The notes beneath the pieces are model-generated. The model saw nothing but the letters and a program-made list of their open reading frames with translations, did no database searches and was not told the DNA's origin. A stretch of DNA of 64,000 nucleotides from Orbicella franksi (Eukaryota): contig OZ116703.1 of the NCBI GenBank assembly GCA_964199315.1, forward strand, positions 9,238,001 through 9,302,000, given 5' to 3'. This document shows positions 34,399 to 46,100 of the stretch, piece by piece; within the stretch, counting starts at the first letter, position 1, and each line of letters opens with the position of its first letter. The position numbers were made by a program, and so were the translations under genes.

Positions 34399-35537
34399 AC
34401 AGTGCTAAAACTGCTAAATTTTTGCTTTAATTTTCCAGACTAGGCTGAGCTTCAAGGGTTTATTCAACTCTGTGCCGTGTTTATCAACCTGAGCAGAAAG
34501 TCTTACTCCACGGCGGGCTGAAATCTACCAAACGGTTTACCTCATCACAGAAGGACTTTCATTTCTGTGCAAGTCCGCATTGTTACCAGACTGCAGTTTC
34601 TTCACTGGACGTTACACAGGTTATAGATTCTCAGTACATTTTTTGTTACCTTTTGTTACTAAGCAAGCTAGCTAACTGAATCTCCAAGTTATACCCACCT
34701 TTCGTAATTAAAAGTAAGGAGCTGTCGTTTCCGAATTACACCGCAGTCTGAAGTTTTTCTTCGTGCTTTCTTCGGAGTACTGAAGTATTTTCACATTCGG
34801 TTTTCGATGAAGATTTTGAATCGTCTAAGTTGTCGAACCGCGGTATATATAAAGGATAAGCTTTATTTCTTTTTGTCTGACATTGCTTATGTCTATCCGC
34901 CGCTGTACTGTGTCTTCCACGCCTCGAGATGAATAGTGATTTTTGCTGTGTTTCTTACTAGATTTTCTTCGTAAATCTTTACCCTAAACATTACTGTAAT
35001 TTATAAATACTTTAAAGCATGTGTCGTCTTTGTTCGCCATGCTGGTTGTCCGTGCTTAAATTTGCATCAAGCTGCTGTATCCGTCGATCATTTTCAATTT
35101 GACCGCTTCGTACTGAATTTCACTTTCACTTTCCTGAATTCGTTTAAAATAGATTGACGGGCTCTTAGCCAATGAGGTTCCGGATCTCTCTCAGGATTGA
35201 ATAGTTCCTATGAGTGCGTGTTGTCAGTGGTTTATTGAGCAGTATGTTAGTAAGGTAGCACGTATCGAATTGGCGAGTTTGTCTTTGATTGAAATATTTG
35301 AAGTGAACCTCAAACGCATGCTTTGACGTGGGTAGATTTTACCGGATTTCATGGCCTGGACGTTTGTGAGAATTTGAAGCGCAAGTGTCAGTATTTTTGA
35401 TGGAAAAAGGTTAACAACCTTAACAGGAGAACAGTGGCTAACCAAATTACTACTAGCCAATAAAGGGTAGCAACAGAAGCGTAGCGACCATATAATTGTA
35501 TTTACGCACGTGCGTACCTCCACAAATCTGAAAAAAA
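34399..35537 (+). repeat. Dispersed repeat Z (second copy at ~38261-39395)
   Basis: About 1.1-kb direct repeat, roughly 90% identical by eye. Confidence 0.88.
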
Positions 35538-35739
35538 TATATTTAATTTATATTTTATCTCGTTCCACATTACTCCTCGGAAGGGTTTGGGGACTGCTCT
35601 CGTCGCGCTCGTTTGCTGAAGCACGTTTAATAAGTTAAGCAAACACCGTGAGCAAACAACTTTCTGGCGTAAATAAGGCCACTAGCGTGACGTTTATTTT
35701 TCTCAAATATCCTATCTTAAAATAACAAGCATTTGATGA

Positions 35740-36660
35740 TATCTTCAGCAAAGGTGGGGCACGAAAAAACCGCCACAAGCCACACAATGTGGCCGCCCCA
35801 CCAAGACGAGAGCAGAACCCAGCCGACGATGAAAAATTGATTTTACTGATTCTTTTATCCGGTTAAATATCAGAATAACGTTAAAAGTGCTTCTAATAAA
35901 ACCCAAGTATGCCAAGTCTTGAAGCAGCCCAAGTCTGACCTCCGAAGAGATGACAAGTGTCAACTTGTTATTGTAGATCTGTAGTGTGAATACGCGTAAT
36001 TAACGAGCCGCAGCTCCTGACTGCCCGGCATGTTAATCACACTTCACCTACAGCAACTTAAGGCTACAAGCAAGAATAGTGCCACAGCTCATAACTGACT
36101 GGCGTGTTAAGTACGTAACGCTACTAAAGGGATACGTATAACTATAGGCATGAACAGTGCCACAGCTCATGACTGACTGGTGTGTCCATGCCATTAGAGA
36201 CACTACATTACACTACAGTAAATATTTCATCAATCAACAGCACCTACGCACCGACAAGGACGATAAGAAAGTTAATTAGCGGCAAGGGTGTCGTTTCGGA
36301 TATATGGCTTTTAAAAATGCATCGGACTTCCAGCGACCAAGAGCCCTGATCTGAGAATCGGAGAAACCTAGGTCAGCAGCGTGACAGGCAGCCCCGATGC
36401 GAAAGCTGTGCCTTTTGTATCGCCCCGAATCAAGAGCACAAAACGATAGGCAAGAGCGAAGTTGAGCATTGAACTGAGTTATGGTGACGGGACGGTTGTG
36501 TATGCAGAACAGCGGACCTGGCGAAAACAACCTTACTTTGCAGTAATCGAGCATCATCTGCACTGGGCAAAATGGAGAAGCAGGGTCGCGTGCAATAATT
36601 ATGTCCACCGGCCGGTTGCTGGTGTTATGTTTGAAGTGACAAATAGTTATCTTTAGGGAT
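35740..36660 (-). mobile_element. Remnant of an Ngaro-like tyrosine-recombinase retroelement (YR C-terminus plus 3' region)
   Basis: KITICHFKHNTSNRPVDI...PFCPV...HSFRIGAA...LGRWKSDAF, with the catalytic Tyr (K.YIR) frameshifted. Direct repeats CAGTGCCACAGCTCAT.ACTGACTGG downstream. Boundaries approximate. Confidence 0.7.
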
Positions 36661-37160
36661 CGTATGCAGCCGTCCGCCGATAAGAACGACTTCAGCCAAT
36701 ACTAGAGGGAAATGATTCAAACAATATTTGATGTAAAATCTACGATCTTAAGGTTCCCAAATCGGCCATCTCATTCTGTTCCTTACGTTATTTTCTGCCT
36801 CTGCATTAGGCGTTTTATTATTATTTGATAATTTTTTTCGTATATTTTTTTGATTTTTTTTGTTATTCACTTCCTCGCATGTAGGAACGAATATTTATAA
36901 GAAATTACTTAATACAGACAGAATTAATTATGACCTACCAAAGGTGAAATTAACAATAACAGCCGAAGAGTAGTGATAAACCAGAACTCAGTATGAGAAA
37001 TATTTTGTCTGGTTGATAATAATCAAGACTGGTTTTTACTGGCGCATTAAGCATGAGCATCAAACGTATTCTTCTGACGAAAGGCCACGCTGGTTATCAG
37101 CATCTCATTTGCACCTGCTTATCTCGATGCGCACTAAGGACATTTAGCCTTTCTTGAAAT

Positions 37161-37605
37161 CAAAAATCATGGATTCCTGAAATCTAGTGAACAAAGAAAG
37201 ATTGCAGAATCAAACGCCGAGTTTAAGGCGTTTTTGAAGGCGTTTTTAAGGCGCTTTTTAAGGCGTTTATGAGTGCTACGGTTACAGAATAAAATGAGCT
37301 TAATCCTTATGACTACCGGTTACCATTTGCATATGTTCGTAACGATCACTGGACTTTTTTCGGCCACATGATAGTAGCAATCAGATCGAAGCCAGGATTA
37401 ATGGTTCACAATAATTAAAATGAGTAATTTTCTAGAAGGAAACATATTTATCTTCTTATTGAAGCAATGCATACCTTTCACTTCTTTTTCCGCGAACTAT
37501 TTTTAACAGCGGTAGAAATTAAACAAGTTAACCCACTCCGTGAAAAATATTACCATTAAAATTAAGTTTCTTACGACAATGACCCTTCAAGATCCAGAAC
37601 ACCTG
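37161..37605 (+). repeat. Repeat X, copy 2
   Basis: Matches 33253-33699. Confidence 0.88.
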
Positions 37606-38260
37606 CAGTTTTGACGTAAAGTGTCGATCGGTATTTGCGTCTATTACGATAGGCCGTGTCGTGCGACTTGGGCACAATCATAACCAAGGCAAGTTTTAAG
37701 AGTGTTACGTCTGCAACACGCACGGGCTGACATGTTTAGGCGCAATGACATTACTTGTAGTCGTCATTGATCTTCCTGTTTGTATGCTTGCGTCGTATCG
37801 CAAAAGGTAGTAAACCCTTCCAGGGTGACGAGAGCTCGAACAAAGGACCGCTTATACTTGGTCGCTGATCCCAGTGTGTACACTAGTGAACAGACGCACA
37901 AAAACAGAAGGAAAAAAGAACGTTGTACACCCAGCTCAGCCTTTTAAAAAAGTGAAACTTAATAGCACGTGCTGAAACATTCATGGTGGGTTTCGGTAAA
38001 GTCTGAGACGTATGTTAATCATAGCACGGAGGTTCATTTGCATTTGAAAAGACTCCCCGCATTACTTCAATTGCAAGCTAGTGCGAAAATACGAACATGG
38101 CCTTACTTCGTGACAATTTCGCTGCAGCAAACTTTTCTTCTTTATTAGGTAAAAATTTGGCATATTACTTCGTGCGTAAATTTTCATGCACTTTCTGCAA
38201 AACCTGTACGGAAAGCAGTGTTTCTTCAAAGTTGAATGTGAAGAATTTAAGATCAAAGCA

Positions 38261-39395
38261 ACAGCGCTAAAACTCCTACGTTTTTGTTTTGATTTTCCAG
38301 ACTAGGCTGAGTTTCAAGGGTTTATTGAACTGCGTGCCGTTTTTATTAACCTGAGCAGAAAGTCTTACTCCACGGCGGGTTGAAATCTACCCAACGGTTT
38401 ACCTCATCACAGAAGGACTTTCATTTCTGTAAAAGTCCGCATTGTTACCAGACTGAAGTTTCTTCACTGGACGTTACACAGGTTAGATTTTCAGTAGATT
38501 TTTTGTTACCTTTTGTTACTAAGCAAGCTAACTAACTGAATCTCCAAGTTGTACGCACCTTTCGTATTTAAAAGTAAGGAGTTGCCGTTTCCGAATTACG
38601 CCGCAGTCTGAAGTTTTTCTTCGTGCTTTCTTCGGAGTACTGAAGTATTTTCACATTCGGTTTTCGATGAAGATTTTGAATCGCCTTAGTTGTCGAACCA
38701 CGGTATATCTGAAAGATAAGCTTTATTTTCTTTTTGACTGACATTGCTTAATATGTCTATCCACCGTTGTCTTCCACGCCTCGAGATGAATAGTAATTTT
38801 TGCTGTGTTTCGTACTAGATTTTCTTCGTAAATCTTTACCTTAAACATTATTGTAAATACTTAAGGCATGTGTCGCCTTTGTTCGCCATGCTGATTGTCC
38901 GTGCTCAAATTTGCATCAAGCCGCTGTATCCGTCGATCATTTTCAATTTAACCACTTCGCACCGAATTTCACTTTCACTTTCCTTAATTCGTTTAAAATA
39001 GATTGCGAGCTCTTAGCGAATGAGTCCAGATCTCTATCAGGATTGAGTAGTTCCTGTGAGTGCTTGTTGTCAGTGGTTTATTGAGCAGTATGTTAGTAAG
39101 GTAGCACGTATCGAGTTGGCGAGTTTGTCGTTGTTTGATTGAAATATTTGAAATGAGCCCCAAACCCATGCCTTGACGTGGGTAGATTTTACCGGATTTC
39201 ATGGCCTGGACGTTTGTGAGAATTTGAAACGCAAATGTCAGTATTTTTGATGGAAAAAGGTTAACAGAAGAACAGTGGCTAACCAAATTACTACTAGCCA
39301 ATAAAAGGTAGCAACAGAAGCGTAGCGACCATATAATTATATTTACGCACGTGCGCACATGCGCACGTGCGTACCTCCACAAATCTGAAAAAAAA
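38261..39395 (+). repeat. Repeat Z, copy 2
   Basis: Matches 34399-35537. Confidence 0.88.
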
Positions 39396-40105
39396 AAGTT
39401 TCATTTTCATATTCGGCGAAAAGCGTCTATTAAGGAGATCGGTTGGTTTGACAACGTCTGTACTACGAAAACATGGCGAATATTCAAAAGGCTATTCAGT
39501 TCAATACTAAAGTTTGACAATCAAGCGAGCAAGCAATGAATCAATCTTTAATTAAAGAGCGTAGCACACAATAGTTGTATTAAAAACTAACGAGCCTCTG
39601 ATACCGTTAATTAAGAATAATTAAGAAAAATTAAAAATCCAACTATACAAAAAAAGATAAATTGTCCATTCAAAAATGTTTTCAAAGTCACAAGAGGGAG
39701 AACAAAAAATTAAAAGGCAGGGATAATAAAGGTAGGAAATAAGGGAGTATGGGACGAGAGGGAATACCTTTTGATGAAATGATCTCAACTTAACTGAAAC
39801 CTTTTATAGGCCGGCCTCTCTCGGAGCTTCACTTTGTTTACTTCACTTTTTTGTTGTTGTTGTTCTTTGAATTTATTTAGGCGCACAATGTAGTGCCAGG
39901 TCATTTGACGAATGATCCTATTTATTTATTTTTTTCCCTTCCCGATTAGTAAACCTCTTTTTTGATCGTAAGTTGACCAATCATGAGCGGCATATTTTGT
40001 TGAGTATATTATGCTGTATTTTGTTGTCACAACAATCCAACACCGGTTCAAATGTTTCACTATTAGATTATTTGAACCAAAAGAATTCATAGTCTGAGAC
40101 GTCTG

Positions 40106-43100
40106 ATGATGGCCAGTATTTCTTGGCTGGGATGCAGTACCAAGTACTTCCTGTTATTACTTGCTGTTACTGGTTTATCCATCCTCCCATCTGCCTGGTG
40201 TCAGTATTGTAACAGCAACAATCCCGGTAAGTTATAATATCAGCACTATATTGAAATGGACTAAATAACAATATACATATCTAGGAGATGGGTTGGCCAG
40301 CGGTTGCAAAATAGGAAATATTAGAACACAGTTTATTTGAACTGTGGTGATTAAGACGTCAACGCCTCCAGGGCACCTTGTTGACGAAGGAGGGTTAAAC
40401 AAAGGCAAGGATGGTGATTGTTTGAAAAGACAAAACAGAATTACAATAAGAACTGAGGGGTCGAGAAAGCAATAGCTATGTTCCGTAAAACTTGGCCGTT
40501 AAGAACTTACATTTTTGCATGTTTTAAGCATCATAACACAAAGCTTTGATCTCTAGCAAATTGACTTGTGTAACGAATACGTGCATCTATTGAAACATGT
40601 CTTTTGGTCTCTTTTTTTCCCTTTGCAACCAGGCGAACCTAGGATTGAAATAACTCCGCCATCCAGCAAGCTACATGTAACTGTTAATGAAACTGTTAAC
40701 TTGACTTGCACTGCTTGGCAAGCTGATAGTCACAAGAGTGAAAAAACAAAACCAAAACAAATTGAATGGTTTGACCCACAAGATAAACGATTCGGGAATA
40801 AATGTTACGCTGACTCGCCACGAGCTACACACATGAGCTGCACAGTTACAGTTAGTGCCCTGACGAACGAAACATTTGGTAAATACACTTGCAGAGCGAG
40901 GAATGGTATAGATGTCTGCAGCACCAAAAAAATTCTTGTGCAAGGTAAGTAAAAAGAACTAATGAAATGATTGCAATTTCCTCCTTTCAAACAGAAAGTT
41001 AATTAATTTCATTCTAATTTACCTTAGTATAAATCTGCTAGCGTTTTATCACGAATGCCGCTCTCTGGCATGATTGGCTACGCTACTCACTATCTATTAT
41101 ATGATGGATAGTGAGTAGCGTAGCAGTTTGCACTTGTTAACATAATGACGGCCGCTTTTTGGCGTTTTCGAAGTGTCTGTGAAAAGGATTTATATAAAGT
41201 TTTAAACGACTACTAGATTTATACTAAAACAATTAGATTATTGGCTCTCGATTTCTATGCGTGATTTTTGACTCGGGCTCATAGTATAATTGTTTATTAG
41301 AAATAAAAATAAAACTTAAAACAAAATATTAACCTAACTTGGACTATTCCAATAGCAGGACAGGTAAAATTGTCTATGATTAGTTTTACACTTATATTTT
41401 TAATCCATTTCTAATTCTTCTTCTTCTACAACTTATGATAACAAATTCCAAATATTAGTAACATTCGTCAAATGACCCGGCACTGCGTTTTAGGCCTAAA
41501 TAATTTCAAAGGACAAAAAAGTAGTATTTGTACATTTACATGTGATTGTCGACAAGGAACATTCCGTGGATATAAGGGTAGCAAGGGACAAATCATGGTG
41601 AGTGTGTAAGAACCTTTTTGCGATCTAGCTTGCTTTCAGCTTTACCACATAAGTTCCGATAATATTAGCTGAAAATCTTCCGTTGTTGTTGTTAAATCAT
41701 AATGTAATAACTTAAACCACCACTCCCTCCCCCTTAAGTATTTAGCGGAGGTACACGACCGCCATTTTGATCCCAAAAGTGTTTTATGGGAAGTGAACGT
41801 GTCCGGCTGTGCATGCACATTGTATTGTTCTTATCGATGTATTTCTTTAACCCATAATGCTAACAATGTGCCAAATAAATCATATTTTAGGTCTGACTTA
41901 CCAACGTGCACGTGACGCAAGACGTTTTGGTTCGGTAGGGAAGGCAGAATCTATCAATACTCCAGTTAATATGACCAACCACGGTTTAGAAAGTAAGCTG
42001 TTTATCTCATATTCATATGACAAAAACCTTTTTTTTCTCTTGTATTCACTTTGTAAATAGCTGTTGTAAAGAGTTTCAGCATGAGATCCCCAAATCCAAC
42101 AAAGAAAGGTCAGGCAATCATTTTAATTAGTATTTTTAACTATTTTACGTTTAGGAATTCGGAGGTTTTAAAAAGGACTCCCGATAAAATGAACTGTCCC
42201 TTACGTGCAATACGTGACTTATTATCCACATCAAGCGGATTTGTAGCTACACTGCTTACGTCCATAAGCAATTTTATTTTACACGTTCTAGGGAAGTAAC
42301 GAATTGTTATCATTAACGAGTTTAAAGTATGTCACAACTCAGCCTCTTCGGGGGCTGCAATGATTTTATTCAATAAAGCTATCTACCTATCTATCTTTAT
42401 CTATCCACTCTGTAGACAAAAGTCCAGAGATCGTCAACGTTCCAGTCAACCGAACTGCTGTTCTCGGATCCAATGTGACTTTTAATTGCACTGCCACTGG
42501 TTATCCCAAACCGACCATCACGTGGGTAAAAGAAAATGATTCAAGTTCTGTTCAATACAACCCAACGCCAGAGATCTTAACAGGCGATGGCAATAGCATT
42601 TTCAGCCAGTTGGTTATAACAGAAGTCAAGAGCAATGATTATGGTATATATCATTGTGTTGCAAAGAACAGTGCTGGAGTAAAGACTTCAAGTGCGACAT
42701 TAGGATATAGAGGTATTTTCTGTTGTGTTTTTGGTTTCTAATATATGGGGGGATGGGGTGGGGGCACTTTCTGCTGAACTTTTGATTAACGTACTTTGAC
42801 ACATGACATCCTATCGTACTGTTATAAGTAGTGGCAGCCAAACTGGTAAAACAGGTGATTTAGAATAATAGTCTTATATTCTTCTATTATTTATTTATTT
42901 ATTTATTGTAAATTTCTATATCTTCTGTTATTTATTATTTCTACTTCTTTCTCTATTTCACTGAAACTGTACCGAATCTGATAAGCTGCAAGCATAGTCA
43001 ACCATTATTCAGAGTAAAATTAAAATTTAGTGCAGGATGCGAAATTCAGTGCACTTTTAAGGTTGCTGTAGCAGGCAAACTTTTCCACTGGCGCTCATGT

Positions 43101-46100
43101 GAAAATGCCCGCGAACAAAGTAAACAAAGTTTAGAAGTATTTCATTGGTAAATGTCACAAATATCAAATGTTTCTCGGGGAACCAGACTAAACCAAAACT
43201 GGACTTTTCTTTTCTAAGAAACAAGCTAGAAGCTACGAACATATTGAGAGAATGTTAATATTATATTTATACGAGAATAATCGATTTTATTCTTGTTTTA
43301 TTCACTCCGTAAATAGATGATGCGCCCAGCGTTGAGGGAACGGAAGGTCAGGAAATTATTAAGAGAATTATTACAACTGTTGTTTTTAATAATTATTTCA
43401 TGTTTAAAACCTTAGGAGTTTTAAAAAAAAAGGACTCCCGTAAAATAAAGGGTACATTACGTCCAATACGTTTTCGATGAATTAGATGAAACGGATTTGA
43501 AGTATCACTGCCTTGTAACCAATACGTTGATAAGCATTCATTTTATTTTTTTATTTATTCATTTATTTTTTTTTTTTTGCTGCGATGATCTGAGAAAATT
43601 GCTTTCCTTGTGCTATTGCCTTCAGCTCAATATTTGAAGGAGGGAGGGGTCCAAGTCTTAAAAAGTAAGTACTTTTCTATCTATAGCCGCAGGTATCTGC
43701 AGGATCTAGAAACACTGGTCTTAGTGTAGGAGCGCCTTCTTATAACACTTATCTCTAATTTTGTTTTTTAGGGCCATCAGCAACAAGTAAAAGGAAAAAT
43801 GTCGAGATCACAGCCATCATTGTGCCTTTGTCCGTTGCCATTATGTTTTTGGGGGGTGTCAGTGTATTTTGGCAATACTTCAGAGCGCGATGTCTTCGTA
43901 ATCAGGTAGTTTAAAATATGACAGTACATTGCTTCTGTCATATTTCTCAGTGGTGAAAAAATCAGCGAGATGCCGTACTTAAACGTGTTTATCTACTAAA
44001 GCCAGAAAATTGTCTGTAAATCTTAGCATACTAACGTTTGACAAAAAAAAAAAACATAGACTTGTAAAATATGCAACACAAAGGTGTAACAACAAGAAAA
44101 TAGAGGAATTTCCATGTTCTGTTTTCTGATGAGCATGGAATCATCCCGACAAAGGACATGTAGATACGGGCAAGATTAGAAGGAGACATTTTTTGCCGAA
44201 AATCTGCTTGTCCCGTAATATGTACCCTCAAGCGCTTTTATTTACTGTATTTTCCTGTGTTAGGCATTTGTTCATAAGTAGGTCACGTTCTGCGTTTCTC
44301 GTCACGTTATAGAGCAAAAAACAGAAAGGTGTTTGGTCACTTTCTGGGCTGCTCGATGTGGACGTTTTTGTTTAATAGAATTACACCCCTCGATCACCAA
44401 TGCATCTGAGCAGCCCCACCCCTGGGTCCACGTTTTGCATATTTTGTTACATAGTTTCCTTCCATGAAGACAAAATAGTTTTAAACACGTACGGTGACGT
44501 ATTTTTACTATTCTTTCTAGACATACGACAACAAAGACCCTGAGCAGGGCGTTAAATTCACCGGGCAGATACAAGAGGAAGACCAACTCAAAAACATCTA
44601 TGATTACATCGACAACAATCCAGCACCCCAAGAACACGAGGTGCCACTTTCACGACACAGTCCTGAGGAAAACCCCTTATTAGGTGTTGAAAGTCAAGTC
44701 AAGAAGCCTCTTCAAGCAAGACCACTGTCTCCGATTCCACAAATTGAAAAGGAGAGTCAAAGAATGGAAGAAAACTCGGAACATAATGTGACCTGTTTGG
44801 GTATGTTGCAGTCAGAAACCCAGAATCCTAATTTTCAGACGCCAGGTGGTGGAGATAGAGGCAACATCCTTGACGGACAAGACATCCCCTTGGATATTGA
44901 AAAGAACACTAATCTTATTGTAGTTTGGCAAAAGACTGAAAAGGAACCTGGGTTACTGCCCTCACGTGGTTCCATGAGTGAACTAGAAGCTGAAACAAAG
45001 CCAAAGCTAGGTGCTTTAGGTGTTGGCTTTTCACCTGCCTATGAGCCCCCAAAAGTTACAGAGTTGCTGCCAGCACTGGACTTTGAAGCCACGCCTCTCA
45101 GTCCTCCAAAGCCTACCAAAGAAACTAAACAGGGCACAAATTATAATGAAAGTTGTTCTAGCAATTCCCAAGAGATCGAGGAAGACTATGAAATCGATCT
45201 AAAAAGACTTGAAGTCCGAGATGAAGTGCTTGGAGAAGGGGAATTTGGAATTGTTTATAAAGGACGCTATCATTGTAAGGATACGAAAGTCATTGATGTA
45301 GCAGTGAAACAGTTGAAAGGTATGTATGTAGATAGTGAATTCATTCCTTGCGTCGGTTATACTGCATCTCAGTCAGCACAAGACAAAATCGTCTGGTTCT
45401 CATGACTATTTTTATCATATTTTTAATCTATACCATCACGCCTCAACTGACCAATCAGTTTCATCGGACCAGACTTGACCAGACTTTACTCTAAAGATGA
45501 CTTCCTTTCGGGTTGTCTAAAAGTTAGTCAGCAATAACAGTTCTTTTCAGAACTTCCATCACCCGGATGATCACACAATCACACTGTGCGAATTTAACTT
45601 AACTTAGCTGTAAATATTTGTGGAAAAAAAAAATGGAAATCAAATTTAAGATCACCTAAGGGCTCTTAAACGCATCATGTATTTCGCTATGTGTATACCG
45701 CCTCTATTAATCTAAAATAAACCATTTCCGAGGTACATTGTATCTCTGTTTCAAAACGAGTCTTCGTGCCAAACCTTTCAAATTAAAATGAGTTTGATTT
45801 GCATGAAAATAAACTTGTGGGTGGAACACATTTCCATATGAATGGTTTTGCACAAAGACTGGTTTTGATACCAGGGCACAAGGTGACTCGGAGGGGGCCT
45901 ATTTGAGAATGGTGAGTGAATTACTAAACAAGGTTACCTTTCTTTTTTGTGAATGCATAGACACGGCTGATAAGACCGGGAAAGTTGCCCTACTCAGTGA
46001 AATACAGATTTTGAAGCGGGCTGGACGGCATCCTAATATAGTCAACTTGGTTGGCGCGTGCACCCAGGGTGGTAAGTTGCCAAGAAATCATCACGTGACC

